Part shown: positions 17,780-28,539 of the stretch, piece after piece
How the letters are laid out: the number at the start of each line of letters is the position of its first letter
Position numbering within the stretch: position 1 is the stretch's first letter
Assembly: GCA_964424265.1 (NCBI GenBank)
Contig: CAYRHX010000004.1
Location: 4,081-68,080, forward strand
DNA: 64,000 nucleotides
Direction: 5' to 3'
From: an uncultured Candidatus Saccharibacteria bacterium
GTDB lineage: Bacteria > Patescibacteriota > Minisyncoccia > Phycocordibacterales > UBA2100
Program-made: the position numbers and the translations under genes
Notes under the pieces: model-generated
Seen by the model: the letters and a program-made list of their open reading frames with translations, nothing else
The model's database searches: none
Told to the model about the DNA's origin: nothing

Positions 17780-18832
17780 CTACGTCATTAGTTCTTGAAG
17801 CACATCTACCAAGTCTCGCCCTACAAAGACTGGCGTTAACCTTGATTTGAACAGGTCGTATCCATTACGGGCAATGTCCTCCCTCATTTTTCCGTTGTTT
17901 CTTATTTCCAGAATCGCACGCGCCAAGTCTTCCGCACTACCTGCTTCGCAAAACAGAACGTCTTTTTTATCAGTAAGCAACTCCTGAGCTCCCGGTGTTC
18001 TGCTCGTAATGATGGGTGAGCGTGCTGCCAGCGCCTCATACACTTTATTCGGTATGGCTCGCTGAGCTTGACTGGCCTTCCCAAAAAGGCCCAAACTAAT
18101 ACTGGCCCGACTAATATAGTTCATCAACTGCTCGTACGGAATGTGACCAAGCAACCTGACATTTCGAACATCGAGATCCCGAACCAACTGTCTAATGCTA
18201 TCAGAAGACTGACCATCTCCTATGATCTGGAAGATAATCTTTTCGCGTTCAAGAATTTTGGCAGCACGTACAATATAATCGACTCCTTGTAGAGGGCTGA
18301 GTGCGCCATGGAAATGAACAATAAATTCAGATGTGCCGACCTGCTTAGGACAAAAAACATCGTCGTCCGATCCAATAAAAATGCGCCGAAATTTATTTGG
18401 ATTGAGATGAAAAGATCTGGAAAAGTACTCGCGATGCGCATTCGTATCAACAATAATCCGGTGCGCCAATATTAGGGAAAACCATTCAAGGAGCCAGTAA
18501 TACACTCCTCGGATACTCAGACGCTTGAGTAGTCCCCTAGAATACACTAGCGATTCGTGAAGAGGGACGAGCGCATCGACGACGATCGGTTTGCGAGTGA
18601 GAAACTTCGCCACTATAGCCGCTTGCTGACCAGGATATCCGACGATCATTATATCGTACTGTTTCCGCATTCTGTGATGTTTTTTTATAAGATCAACGTA
18701 CTTTGCGATACCGCGAAGACGGCTGACGCACTCAATAACCTCGATACCATTTTGCCTCAAACCTTTTATAAAGATTCTGTTCCGGCTATACCCGGGATTA
18801 TAGATCCCAAAATAACAAATTGTCATTTTCAT
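17780..18832 (-). CDS. Glycosyltransferase family 4 (GT-B, group 1)
   Basis: 350 aa. C-terminal GDGQ...RLLGHIPYEQLMNYISRASISLGLFGKASQAQRAIPNKVYEALAARSPIITS is typical GT4. Confidence 0.8.
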   Translation of the reverse strand: MKMTICYFGIYNPGYSRNRIFIKGLRQNGIEVIECVSRLRGIAKYVDLIKKHHRMRKQYDIMIVGYPGQQAAIVAKFLTRKPIVVDALVPLHESLVYSRGLLKRLSIRGVYYWLLEWFSLILAHRIIVDTNAHREYFSRSFHLNPNKFRRIFIGSDDDVFCPKQVGTSEFIVHFHGALSPLQGVDYIVRAAKILEREKIIFQIIGDGQSSDSIRQLVRDLDVRNVRLLGHIPYEQLMNYISRASISLGLFGKASQAQRAIPNKVYEALAARSPIITSRTPGAQELLTDKKDVLFCEAGSAEDLARAILEIRNNGKMREDIARNGYDLFKSRLTPVFVGRDLVDVLQELMT

Positions 18833-18886
18833 TGTTGATTGGAAATTCCTTGGACGCCATCAGCCCCACACTGAAGAAGTGTCAGA

Positions 18887-19294
18887 TTATTTTATAGGTA
18901 TTTCCCATTCAGATGGATCAGTCGGTCGTCTATGCTCATCGTCAGAGTTAAATTTTTGGTCTATGTAGAATAGTAAAATCGATGGCTCCAGCGATCGATA
19001 TCCGTGCCATATGCCAGGCTTGATGATGAGAGTCTTACGGCTCTGCTCACTCAACAATACACGCTCTTCTCGTCCGTTTTCTGAAACAAGGCGGAAAAGG
19101 ACGCTGCCTTTTGCTACGGTAAAATAATCAGTCTGCCGCGTATGCATATGCATGCCGGCAATAATGCCTGCCTGCATATATGAGAAGTTCATGTCTCCCG
19201 TGAGCCCTGGAACGATATCGTATAGTCCCCGACGCCTCTCGTCTTCATGGAAACGATGCGCATGAAATTCGGTCAACTTTTCTGAATCGGTCAT
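18887..19294 (-). CDS. RmlC-like cupin, probable NDP-4-keto-6-deoxyhexose 3,4-ketoisomerase (FdtA/WxcM-like)
   Basis: 135 aa. GMHMHTRQTDYFTVAKGSVLF His-x-His cupin motif and size typical of FdtA-type isomerases. Confidence 0.55.
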   Translation of the reverse strand: MTDSEKLTEFHAHRFHEDERRRGLYDIVPGLTGDMNFSYMQAGIIAGMHMHTRQTDYFTVAKGSVLFRLVSENGREERVLLSEQSRKTLIIKPGIWHGYRSLEPSILLFYIDQKFNSDDEHRRPTDPSEWEIPIK

Positions 19295-19301
19295 GGTATT
19301 T

Positions 19302-20189
19302 CTATACTATTATATCTAAATATCGCCTTAAAGCATCCCCCCACTCAGGAAGTAGGCTAATGCCTTGATCCCGCAACGCCGTGTTCGCAAGGACGCTCAT
19401 CCGAGGCCGACGTATCTTGCTTCCAGACTCCTTCGTCGGTATCGGCACAATATGCGGCGAAAGCTTAGCTTGGCGGAAAATCTCCTGAGCAAACTTGTAC
19501 CACGATGTCTGCCCCTGATTTGTAACATGGTAGACTCCGTATGGGATACGTCGTACCAAGATCTCTATGATCTTTTCGGCCAAATCAAGAGTGAAAGTAG
19601 GGGCAGTAATCTGATCGTCTACTACTCGTATATCCTTTCCCTCTCGCGCTAATCGCAGCATGACTTGTACAAAATTCTTCTTAGATCCCTCAGCGACCCC
19701 GAACAGGGCGCTCGTTCTCACGATGTAATACGCGGGCGTGGCGATTTGCACCAGAGTTTCTCCGGCATATTTTGATGCTCCATATACATTTATGGGGTGC
19801 GGCAAATCCTTCTCATCGAAAGATGTTCTCGTGCCGTCAAATACATAATCCGTACTCACGTGTACACAAAGCGCCCCAATATCCTTGCATGCCAGAGCAA
19901 CGTAATACGGGCCAAACGCATTCACCTCATAGGCAGAGACGGGGTTGCGCTCCGATTCCTCAACAAGGTTGTACGCCGCGCAATTAATAACAACATCCGG
20001 TTTCTGTGCAACAATGATGTCGCGCACCATGTGAGGATTAGTTATGTCAAAATCCTCGTGATGATAACGCAAGACCTCCATCATCGAGGGCAGTTTGAGG
20101 GCGAGATCAGATCCGAGCTGACCATATCCGCCGATAATGAGCACCTTTTTAATAGTAGCGCCCGTGTCGTTGCTTTTCATAATGATCAC
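19302..20189 (-). CDS. rmlD: dTDP-4-dehydrorhamnose reductase
   Basis: 295 aa. VLIIGGYGQLGSDL...DVVINCAAYNLVEESERNPVSAYEVNAFGPYYVALACKDIGALCVHVSTDYVFDG. Confidence 0.85.
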   Translation of the reverse strand: MIIMKSNDTGATIKKVLIIGGYGQLGSDLALKLPSMMEVLRYHHEDFDITNPHMVRDIIVAQKPDVVINCAAYNLVEESERNPVSAYEVNAFGPYYVALACKDIGALCVHVSTDYVFDGTRTSFDEKDLPHPINVYGASKYAGETLVQIATPAYYIVRTSALFGVAEGSKKNFVQVMLRLAREGKDIRVVDDQITAPTFTLDLAEKIIEILVRRIPYGVYHVTNQGQTSWYKFAQEIFRQAKLSPHIVPIPTKESGSKIRRPRMSVLANTALRDQGISLLPEWGDALRRYLDIIV

Positions 20190-21195
20190 GAAAAATCTCC
20201 TTTGTCTTTATAACCTTCCACCAAGTTGGATTTTTAATATACCAATCCACAATCGCCGACAATGAGTCGTCCAAAGGATGCTGCGGTTTCCAATCGAGTT
20301 CCTTGGTCAACTTTGCCGAATGTGGCGCATAACGCATATCAGCGCCGGGCCTGTCGTCGACGTAGGAAATCATGTTCGTGTGATTCTTACCGAGAATACG
20401 AGCAACTATTTTGATAATTTCGATATTTTTCTTCTCAGTACCGGCAACATTGTAAATACTGCCCGGTCGCGCCTTATGCATGATAAGATCGACGGCCCTA
20501 CAAAAATCTTCTACATGAATCCATGTGCGCACATGCTCACCTGTGCCGTGCACGGGAACGGGCACCCCCTCTAAGAGATTTGTAATCGCGAGAGGAATAA
20601 GTTTTTCTGGATATTGATAGGGTCCGAAATTATTTGAACCGCGAACGATAATCGCAGGCACTGCATGACTTCGAATGTATGACTGCACTAGAAGATCCGC
20701 ACCTGCCTTGGAGGCCGCATATGGATTGGATGGCCGCATGGGAGACATTTCATCCGAGGAACCTTCGCGAATATCGCCGTAAATTTCGTCAGTCGAGATC
20801 TGAATAAATGTCTCAATGTGATGCCTGCGTACCAGATTCAACAAAACGTGCACTCCGGTGATGTTGCTGCGGACAAATTCGGCCGAATCAACAAGAGATC
20901 GGTCAACGTGGCTTTCTGCGGCAAAGTTGACAACAACATTTACACGCTCCTTCAGGAGAAGCGCATTGAGTTTCCCTGCATCACATATATCGCCATGTAC
21001 AAATACATACCTCCTTTCCTCAACTTTTTTTCCCGCTTCCAACTTCTCAATGTCTGAAAGATTGTCCGGATTCCCCGCATATGTCAAAAGATCGTAATTG
21101 ATAATCTTATAATCAGGGTAAAGTGTGTACATACGACGAATAAAATTCGATCCCATGAAGCCGGAGCCGCCCGTAACAAGAATCTTTTTACTCAT
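20149..21195 (-). CDS. rmlB: dTDP-glucose 4,6-dehydratase
   Basis: 348 aa. MSKKILVTGGSGFMGSNFIRRM...YAGNPDNL...NFAAESHVDRS. Confidence 0.9.
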   Translation of the reverse strand: MSKKILVTGGSGFMGSNFIRRMYTLYPDYKIINYDLLTYAGNPDNLSDIEKLEAGKKVEERRYVFVHGDICDAGKLNALLLKERVNVVVNFAAESHVDRSLVDSAEFVRSNITGVHVLLNLVRRHHIETFIQISTDEIYGDIREGSSDEMSPMRPSNPYAASKAGADLLVQSYIRSHAVPAIIVRGSNNFGPYQYPEKLIPLAITNLLEGVPVPVHGTGEHVRTWIHVEDFCRAVDLIMHKARPGSIYNVAGTEKKNIEIIKIVARILGKNHTNMISYVDDRPGADMRYAPHSAKLTKELDWKPQHPLDDSLSAIVDWYIKNPTWWKVIKTKEIFRDHYEKQRHGRYY

Positions 21196-22421
21196 ATAAT
21201 CTGCATGTCGCCGATGGGAATGATGAATTTACCACCCTTACTTCTATACTCCGCTTCTTTCTGCAAGATTTTATCCTTATAATTCCATGCAAGCATGAGG
21301 AAATAATCAGGGGGATCCTTGCGCGCCTCCCTCACGTCAACCACAGGAATATGCATGCCGGGACTGTACGAGCCAATCTTTGTGGGAAGTTCTTCGGTAA
21401 GGTAATCGAGTGTTCCGGTACCGATTTTGAAATAATTGAGCAAGGTATTCCCTTTGGCCGGCGCTCCATATCCCGCGATCCTCTTCCCTTGCGCTTTGAG
21501 TTCAGATAACAGTCTGAGTAGTTTTTCTTTCGACGCTGCAATACGTTCGGCAAGCCTTGTATATGCATCAATCGAATCCATGCCGAGCGATATCTCTTTT
21601 TTGACGAGATCTGCAACGGTCGGCATGACTTTGCGCGTTCCGGAGCGCGCAGCAAATACCCGAATTGACGTCCCTTGAGTTTCCTGAAGTTCTACATCAA
21701 AAATCTCTAGCCCGAATTGGCTGCACAGCCGCTGCAACGGTCGAATCGCAAGAAAACACACGTGCTCGTGATAGATGGTGTCAAACGCGAGATTCTCGAA
21801 CATATCTACCAAATACGGAGCCTCGAAAACAAATACTCCGTCCTCGGCAAGCAGCGCGGTAACACCTCGCATAAGATCATGTTTATCATCAATGTGCGCA
21901 ACTACATTATTGCCAATAATAACTTTTGCCTTCCCGTGACTCGCGAGTATCCTTCGAGCGCACTTTTCTCCAAAGAAGTCGACGATGGTCGGCACATGAC
22001 GATCTTCCGCCGCTTCTGCAATATTCCTCGCGGGATCGACACCTAGTATGCGGATTCCTTCAGGAAGGAATGCGGATAGAAGTAGTCCGTCATTGCTCCC
22101 AATTTCGACGACAAGATCCTCGTTCCGCTTCAATCGAAATCGTTTTGTCACATTCTTTGCATATTCGACAAAATGCTGCGGGGTCGGCATGTGCGATGTG
22201 AAGTATACATATTGAGAAAACAGCTCCTCTTTATCAACGACGTGACACAACTGGACGTGATTGCACTCATCACAAAAATACACCTGAAGCGGGTAGAAAG
22301 GTTCCTGAGCAACGGGAATGGCACTCACAAACGCGTTCGCAAGTGGCTGTTCCCCAAGATCAAGAAACTTGGTGAGATGCGATGACCCGCAGATACGACA
22401 TTCTTTCTTAAGAGTATACAT
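21192..22421 (-). CDS. NDP-hexose C-methyltransferase (TylCIII/NovU-like; Zn-ribbon + class I MTase + C-MeTrfase C-terminal domain)
   Basis: 409 aa. N-terminal CRICGS...CDECNHVQL. MTase core VVEIGSNDG. C-terminal ...GGKFIIPIGD. Confidence 0.75.
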   Translation of the reverse strand: MYTLKKECRICGSSHLTKFLDLGEQPLANAFVSAIPVAQEPFYPLQVYFCDECNHVQLCHVVDKEELFSQYVYFTSHMPTPQHFVEYAKNVTKRFRLKRNEDLVVEIGSNDGLLLSAFLPEGIRILGVDPARNIAEAAEDRHVPTIVDFFGEKCARRILASHGKAKVIIGNNVVAHIDDKHDLMRGVTALLAEDGVFVFEAPYLVDMFENLAFDTIYHEHVCFLAIRPLQRLCSQFGLEIFDVELQETQGTSIRVFAARSGTRKVMPTVADLVKKEISLGMDSIDAYTRLAERIAASKEKLLRLLSELKAQGKRIAGYGAPAKGNTLLNYFKIGTGTLDYLTEELPTKIGSYSPGMHIPVVDVREARKDPPDYFLMLAWNYKDKILQKEAEYRSKGGKFIIPIGDMQII

Positions 22422-22526
22422 AGTGGTGATCTCCCCGGTTCTAGCAGCACGTCATTCTATCGTCTGGCGCGTCTTTTACAAAACCGTCAAACGGGGCAAG
22501 CGAAAGCGCTTGCCGCCCCCCGCCCT

Positions 22527-23768
22527 TCATTTGGGTGGCATGATCACAAATACCGTATCATATATATCCTGGAGCGGTTTCTGATAGCGCACAATGTTCA
22601 CGACCTTACCATCCTTGTATTCGAGATACGTGGTCTTAAAAAGGCGTAATAACGGCTCCACAAAATGATTAAATACGAAGAGTCCAAGAGAGCCGCGGAA
22701 TTCGTTCTTAGGAAGCCCTCCCCCTTCATTTTCATAGGTGAAGTAATACCAGCGATTCTCTGTCATGAGAATGGAGCGAACGTCGTACCAGGAGAGGATG
22801 CAATTCTCCGCAAACTGCTCATGCGCAAAACTAATGAGTGTATCGCCGCGCTTAATGGGAAGACGCGAAAGAGAAAAGGCCGCGAGGAGCGCCTTCACAA
22901 TCCCTATCGGGCGCGCAGTTTGCCATACGAACGGGACAGTGATCATAGTATCAAAAACACTAAACAATGGATCATTTTTGACGAGATCCCAACGAGTGTG
23001 CTCGATCATGAGCAAGCCCGTTTTGAGATCGCGTGTTCGACGGAGGTTGGCGATAATGATGGCATCGCGCATTACATACGCTGGATCAGAAGCGATAAAC
23101 CAGAGTGTTTCCGGTTTCCCCACCGCCTCCATAATCTTCTCCATTGTTTTCGCTTCGTCTTCAATATACTTTCGACGTGAATCGGGAAGCGGAGCATCGA
23201 ACGAGCGGATAAAAAATGAATCCGGAAGACCCTTGAAATAGCTCCGATATCCTTCTATCGTCTCATCGGGAACAGATCCTTTCATAAGGTCGAGAAAGAT
23301 CGCTGCACGATACCCCATCGCATATGCGGAAGCTGCTGCCCAAGAACATGAGGCGAACACCCAGTCTATTTCTCCCTCACCGTGGAAGAGCAAGAAATCG
23401 GCGACGGTGCGCTTTCCCACTTCAAATCCAGAAAGGTTGAGTTTGGTGTATTCGTCGGTTTCATTCGGATGCTGCTGGTAAAGAAGACGGTGCGTGGGGA
23501 GATTTTCTTTAATATATGCGAGCATCGCATTAGTCTGCCTGATGAAAGACTCATGGTCCGAGCCAAGCGGCAGATTATAAAAATCTGTTCCAAAAAAGAC
23601 CGCGGTCTTGGCCCCCGGGTTATGTTTGAGCAAATATGGGAAAATGATCTTTTGTATACTTCCATGCTTCATCTGGAACAGCCTACCATAGCCGCGCCAT
23701 ACGTTAAAAATAGCGGGAATATAATCTCCGTGATAGATTATGCGAACCGGGAACATGAAAATGATCAA
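22527..23768 (-). CDS. Hypothetical protein, possible polysaccharide-modifying/glycosyltransferase-like
   Basis: 413-aa ORF, no confidently recognisable motifs. Longest ORF overlaps the divergent 23740 gene head-to-head by 29 nt, so the true start is likely internal (e.g. MKHGSIQ at about 23672). Confidence 0.4.
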   Translation of the reverse strand: MIIFMFPVRIIYHGDYIPAIFNVWRGYGRLFQMKHGSIQKIIFPYLLKHNPGAKTAVFFGTDFYNLPLGSDHESFIRQTNAMLAYIKENLPTHRLLYQQHPNETDEYTKLNLSGFEVGKRTVADFLLFHGEGEIDWVFASCSWAAASAYAMGYRAAIFLDLMKGSVPDETIEGYRSYFKGLPDSFFIRSFDAPLPDSRRKYIEDEAKTMEKIMEAVGKPETLWFIASDPAYVMRDAIIIANLRRTRDLKTGLLMIEHTRWDLVKNDPLFSVFDTMITVPFVWQTARPIGIVKALLAAFSLSRLPIKRGDTLISFAHEQFAENCILSWYDVRSILMTENRWYYFTYENEGGGLPKNEFRGSLGLFVFNHFVEPLLRLFKTTYLEYKDGKVVNIVRYQKPLQDIYDTVFVIMPPK

Positions 23769-24597
23769 GTTGTATCTCCGAAAGGTTGCTTACATGGTGC
23801 CAGGGGCTCAGGCACTCTGGATTAAACTAAACACCTGGCAAAAAAAGCATCCAGAATTTAGAGGGTGGGGCATGACCACCAATTCTTTTCCTCCTTGGTA
23901 TAAGGGCGGTGGTGATGATGTGTCGAAGGATTTTCTGAAGGCACACGAGGGCATCTTCGCCAACGTTTCAAAAGGACGATTTAAGCTCACTCAGTACGAG
24001 AACGTACAAGACAAGGCCGCCCGACTTCGTGAGTTGATGTGGCGGCACTACGTCGTTTTCTGGACCGTACAGTATGCCTCTTATGCGGCACGCGATAAAA
24101 CGATCAACCTCGTCGAATGCGGAGTGTGTGATGGATTAACGGTGTATTTCGCAATGAGCGCACTTCCGGAAGGAACGCAATTCAAGGCATATCTCTACGA
24201 CGCGTGGGAAAGAATGGAGGATGAAGACCTATTGGAGTCAGAAAAAAAACACGCTGGAGACTACGCCTACCTTGAGCTCGAAAATGCGAAGAGAAACCTC
24301 GTCGCGTTCGAACGAGAAACAGTCTTTATTAAGGGCTTCATTCCAGAGTCATTTAAAAACACCGAATCTCCAACAGAGGTGGTTTGGATGCACATCGATC
24401 TCAACGCATCTCTTCCCACTACGGCAGCCCTTCGACGATACTTCGACGCAATCCCACCTGGCGGCGTCATTCTCTTCGACGACTACGCATGGCGCGGATA
24501 CGAGGACACCAAAGTGGCCGTCGACAGGTTCTTCTCGGATAAAAAGGGTGTCCTTTTGCCGATGCCCACCGGCCAGGCGATCTTTTTCAAACATTAA
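23740..24597 (+). CDS. TylF/MycF-family sugar O-methyltransferase
   Basis: 285 aa. LVECGVCDGLTVYFAM and GGVILFDDYAW match the macrocin-O-methyltransferase family. Alternative starts at 23755/23761. Confidence 0.7.
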   Translation: MRTGNMKMIKLYLRKVAYMVPGAQALWIKLNTWQKKHPEFRGWGMTTNSFPPWYKGGGDDVSKDFLKAHEGIFANVSKGRFKLTQYENVQDKAARLRELMWRHYVVFWTVQYASYAARDKTINLVECGVCDGLTVYFAMSALPEGTQFKAYLYDAWERMEDEDLLESEKKHAGDYAYLELENAKRNLVAFERETVFIKGFIPESFKNTESPTEVVWMHIDLNASLPTTAALRRYFDAIPPGGVILFDDYAWRGYEDTKVAVDRFFSDKKGVLLPMPTGQAIFFKH

Positions 24598-24613
24598 TTT
24601 GCAAACTGTAGAC

Positions 24614-26542
24614 TTATAGATTCGGATTGATTTTCTTCAAATTATACATTGCTTTCATAAAGCCCTCACCGCCAAATTTGTGACCCTGCCATATCTCCGG
24701 AACCATCCAGAGATCCGTCTTTGAGATCAAATCGAGTATTGGCTTCCACGGGACAGAACCGTCGCCGATCTGAAGTCCTTCTCCGTTAATGCGGGCAGCA
24801 TCCGATATATGCAAATATCTTGCGACTGGCAGTATCTTCTTCGCATAACTTAGAATGTCTTTCTCGTACTGATTGCAATACAAAGCGGCGTGAGACGTAT
24901 CAAACACGACACCGTAACCGTGTTCATTTGAAAACTGCGCAATCTCCTCCGCGTTCATAAAATTCGTGTGATACCACTGGCCCCCGAAGCACCAAGCGCA
25001 GCCGGGCATGTTTTCCACAAGCAGCTCGAAGCCGTCAGCGTCGAGTTTGTGGAGGGAATCTGCAAAATTCCGATTCAGTCGAGGTATATCATCCATTTTC
25101 GGCAATTGCATATTCATGCCGCCCGGATGGACGACAAACATTACTTTCTCATCCTTATTGACAAACAGTCTTTTTAGCGTGCGTGCGTACGCCAGCGCTT
25201 TATTGAAAAAGGCAATCGAGTGTTTCCGAAGGTCGTCGTCCAAGCTGGAGAGGTCGAGGAGCGTATCGCCATCATACTCTGGGCCGTGTACCGTCATCAT
25301 AAGAGGATATTTCTTGGTATATTTTCGAGCACTCGATACGTCCGAGCCGGTCAAGTGAATCTCGGCGAAATCCGAACCGCAGTGCATGAGCGTGTCAATA
25401 TCGCTCATGCGCGCAACAACTCCCCATGCATGACGTACGTCCACTGCACCGAAGAGGTCGCGAGGGCGCAGATTGATGTCCGATTCGAGAACGTAGTCGT
25501 CTTTTTTAATGCTTCTCGCCGTCAATTTTTTACCGATAAAAAGATCGAGCTTCATGGGGCTCGTACCCTTGCCAGGACTCTTGAGATTCAAATGCGCTTG
25601 CGTTAGTACGGTCCCTTTCTTCAGGTCCTTCGCGGCAACGATACTCTTCGCGAGAGTCTCACGATTGATGTACTCTCCGCGTGACGGTATACGCACACCG
25701 TCGCCCAAGGACGTTTCGACAACACGGATTTGCTTCACGAGCTCTGCGAATTCGGCGGGCTCAAGACTTGCCTTATGGTCGGGCCCGACCATCTCTCGAT
25801 CTAGCGTGATGTGGCGTTCAATCACGCATGCACCGAGCGCAACCGCAGCCGCTGAGACCGAGATCCCCGCCTCGTGTCCCGAATAGCCGACGAGACAGTG
25901 GAACCGCTTCTGAAGCGTATTTATAAACCTCAGATTTACGTCGTGAAATGGTGTCGGGTAGGTGCTGTTAGTGTGGAGCAGAACGTACTGGGCTTTAATC
26001 TTGTCGAGATACCCGAAGAGCTGTTCAACTTCAGACATAAATGACATGCCAGTTGATATGAGGATTGGCTTCTTGAGTTCCGCCACCGCACCGATGAGCG
26101 GTAGATTGAACATGTCGGCGGACGCAATTTTGTACGCGGGCAAATCAAGTGTATTAAGAAATGCGAGACTCTCCTCATCCCAAGCGGTACAGAGAAACTC
26201 TACCCCCATCGTGCGCGCATACTGGCACAGCGTACGCATCTCCGCTTCGCTCAGTTCACTCTTTTGGATGTGTCGCAAGCTATAGTGTGTGGCATTCTCT
26301 TCGGATGCAGAATTCTTCAGAGCCTTGGCCGCGTAGACGCTTTTTAAATCGCGCTTTTGAAACTTGACCGCATCGACGTGAGCCGCCACAGCATGATCAA
26401 TCAGCTTCTTTGCGAGTGTAACATCGCCCTGATGATTTAGGCCGATCTCAGCAATGATATACGTCGGATGACCATCGCCAATGCGCTTCTTCCCGATACG
26501 TATTTCAGTCATAGGCACTACCGTACCACAACACACGACCAC
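24614..26542 (-). CDS. Fusion: NeuB-family nonulosonic acid (sialic/legionaminic/pseudaminic acid) synthase + xylose-isomerase-like TIM-barrel domain
   Basis: 642 aa. N-terminal IGDGHPTYIIAEIGLNHQGDVTLAKKLIDHAVAAHVDAVKFQ with SAF domain (KDLKKGTVL). C-terminal about 300 aa sugar-phosphate isomerase/epimerase-like. Probable start MTEIRIG at about 26512. Confidence 0.75.
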   Translation of the reverse strand: MVVCCGTVVPMTEIRIGKKRIGDGHPTYIIAEIGLNHQGDVTLAKKLIDHAVAAHVDAVKFQKRDLKSVYAAKALKNSASEENATHYSLRHIQKSELSEAEMRTLCQYARTMGVEFLCTAWDEESLAFLNTLDLPAYKIASADMFNLPLIGAVAELKKPILISTGMSFMSEVEQLFGYLDKIKAQYVLLHTNSTYPTPFHDVNLRFINTLQKRFHCLVGYSGHEAGISVSAAAVALGACVIERHITLDREMVGPDHKASLEPAEFAELVKQIRVVETSLGDGVRIPSRGEYINRETLAKSIVAAKDLKKGTVLTQAHLNLKSPGKGTSPMKLDLFIGKKLTARSIKKDDYVLESDINLRPRDLFGAVDVRHAWGVVARMSDIDTLMHCGSDFAEIHLTGSDVSSARKYTKKYPLMMTVHGPEYDGDTLLDLSSLDDDLRKHSIAFFNKALAYARTLKRLFVNKDEKVMFVVHPGGMNMQLPKMDDIPRLNRNFADSLHKLDADGFELLVENMPGCAWCFGGQWYHTNFMNAEEIAQFSNEHGYGVVFDTSHAALYCNQYEKDILSYAKKILPVARYLHISDAARINGEGLQIGDGSVPWKPILDLISKTDLWMVPEIWQGHKFGGEGFMKAMYNLKKINPNL

Positions 26543-26578
26543 ACATCAACGCAGACCCGCAGACCCGTGGACTTTTAT

Positions 26579-27265
26579 TTACCACGCAGTCCAACCACCA
26601 TCGACGTACACCTCAGTACCCGTGACATAGCTAGACTTCTCGCTGAGGAGAAATTCGAAAGCGGAAACCGTCTCGTCGATATGCATCATTCGCTTCATCG
26701 GGGTATGAGAGCTGTATTTCTCGACAAAAACCGGGTCTTGCGCGGGATCGGCGACACCCCCAAAAACTACCGTGTTGACCCGAATATCTGGCGCATAGTA
26801 GGCGGCTAGATACTTGGACAGTATGATCACACTCGCCTTGGAAAGCGAGTACCCGACATGCTTCACAAAATCTGTGTAGATCGCATGCTTCGGAGATACA
26901 ACACCGTACAGCGAGCTCACGTTCACTATAGTCCCCTTCGAATTATTTCGAATGAATTCTCTGCATACACTAAATGCACTCACGACATTCACTTCCAAGT
27001 ACTCGCGAATTTCTGAAAGTGGAGTATCGATGGGTTCGATCTTTACCGAACCTTTCGTTGGCACGGGATTGTATGCGTGACACACGATCAGACCGTACAA
27101 ATCTTGATTTTCACTGAACCACTTCTTCACAAACTCCTCATTTGAGAGCTCGTGCCCCAGTACACGATCTAGCTTAAGAACCTCGTACTCGTTTTCGAAG
27201 TGACGAACAAGTTTTGAACCGATAAGACCTTCACTCCCCGTGATGACGAGTTTCTTTCTTTTCAT
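26579..27265 (-). CDS. Short-chain dehydrogenase/reductase (SDR) family oxidoreductase
   Basis: 228 aa. LVITGSEGLIGSKL Rossmann motif and YSLSK catalytic motif. Confidence 0.75.
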   Translation of the reverse strand: MKRKKLVITGSEGLIGSKLVRHFENEYEVLKLDRVLGHELSNEEFVKKWFSENQDLYGLIVCHAYNPVPTKGSVKIEPIDTPLSEIREYLEVNVVSAFSVCREFIRNNSKGTIVNVSSLYGVVSPKHAIYTDFVKHVGYSLSKASVIILSKYLAAYYAPDIRVNTVVFGGVADPAQDPVFVEKYSSHTPMKRMMHIDETVSAFEFLLSEKSSYVTGTEVYVDGGWTAW

Positions 27266-28536
27266 GCGGCAGATTGCGCGTCGAAAAAGGCAATCGTCTT
27301 CTTGAGCGCATTCATCTGAAGATTCATGTCCTTCTCGATACCCTGATTCGTGGTGAATTGCATGATGCGCGGTTGCAGTTTCTCAGCCTGCGGACAATGT
27401 ACTCCTTTCAGATATCCCTTATGATACTTCGCCTGCCCGGGAAGATCAGGAAAGAATCTCCCCTTCTCGTGGATGAGTCGCATGATAGGTTCGTTATAGA
27501 CGAGGGCCCACGCAGAGTAAATGCCGTCGCCGCCAAACTCCATAAATTTACGCCGGAAGTCGTACCAGCTCACTCCGCGCTTCTCTTCTCCCTCGTAGCG
27601 AACGGCAAATGTATAGTACGAATTCACGTATCCCTTGGGAGTTTTCTGGGGTAATACCCAATCGCACCCTTTAAGGGCTGCAAAATATTTAGCCGCGATC
27701 TGCTGGCGTTTCTTCACCAGAAAGTTTATACGCTCGACCTGTGCGAGCCCGATTGCCGCAGCCACTTCAGGTAAGCGGTAATTGTATCCAAACGTGTCGT
27801 GACGCAGGTACATCGGATCCTGAAAAGTATCTTTATTTTTCCGTACCTGGCCTGAAAGCGCCTTGATATTCTTGAAGCCCATCCCCCCAAACTTTCGCAT
27901 TCTCTCTGCGAGCAATTCGCTGTCCGTTATGAGGATACCGCCATCGCCTGTCGAGATGTGCTTTGAATTCTCTGTGCTAAAACTACCCACATCGCCGACG
28001 GTACCTCCAATCCGGCCCTGATCATCGGTCCCTAGATAACACTGCGCGCAGTCCTCAACAACAAAGAGTTTGTGCTTCTTGGAAATCCGCATGATGCTCT
28101 TCATGTCACACACTTGTCCGTAGAGATGCACCGGCATTATGGCCTTGGTGCGCTTCGTGATCTTACGTTCAATATCCTTTGGATCGATCAGGAAAGTGTC
28201 AGGATCCACATCAGCAAATACGGGACGCGCACCCGCCATAATCACGGCGTAGCCGCACATGACCACCGTGAGCGCAGGCACAATCACTTCGTCCCCCGGC
28301 CCCACGCCAAAAGCCATGAGGGCCTGATGAAGCGTTGAAGTACCAGAGTTTGAAGTTACAGCATATTGCATGCCAAGACGCTCTGAAAAGGCCCGCTCAT
28401 AGCGTTGATTCATGTTACCCGAGGTAGAGCTGCCAAAACCCGAATTGAGAACCTCTCGGACGTACTTCACCTCGTTGCCCACAAAGCGCCAGCTATTACT
28501 CGTCTTTCTAATCTTTTCACCAACAGGTTTTTTCAT
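27262..28536 (-). CDS. DegT/DnrJ/EryC1/StrS-family PLP-dependent sugar aminotransferase
   Basis: 424 aa. AVTSNSGTSTLHQALMAFGVGPGDEVIVPALT...FSTENSKHISTGDGGIL. Confidence 0.8.
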   Translation of the reverse strand: MKKPVGEKIRKTSNSWRFVGNEVKYVREVLNSGFGSSTSGNMNQRYERAFSERLGMQYAVTSNSGTSTLHQALMAFGVGPGDEVIVPALTVVMCGYAVIMAGARPVFADVDPDTFLIDPKDIERKITKRTKAIMPVHLYGQVCDMKSIMRISKKHKLFVVEDCAQCYLGTDDQGRIGGTVGDVGSFSTENSKHISTGDGGILITDSELLAERMRKFGGMGFKNIKALSGQVRKNKDTFQDPMYLRHDTFGYNYRLPEVAAAIGLAQVERINFLVKKRQQIAAKYFAALKGCDWVLPQKTPKGYVNSYYTFAVRYEGEEKRGVSWYDFRRKFMEFGGDGIYSAWALVYNEPIMRLIHEKGRFFPDLPGQAKYHKGYLKGVHCPQAEKLQPRIMQFTTNQGIEKDMNLQMNALKKTIAFFDAQSAA

Positions 28537-28539
28537 AGT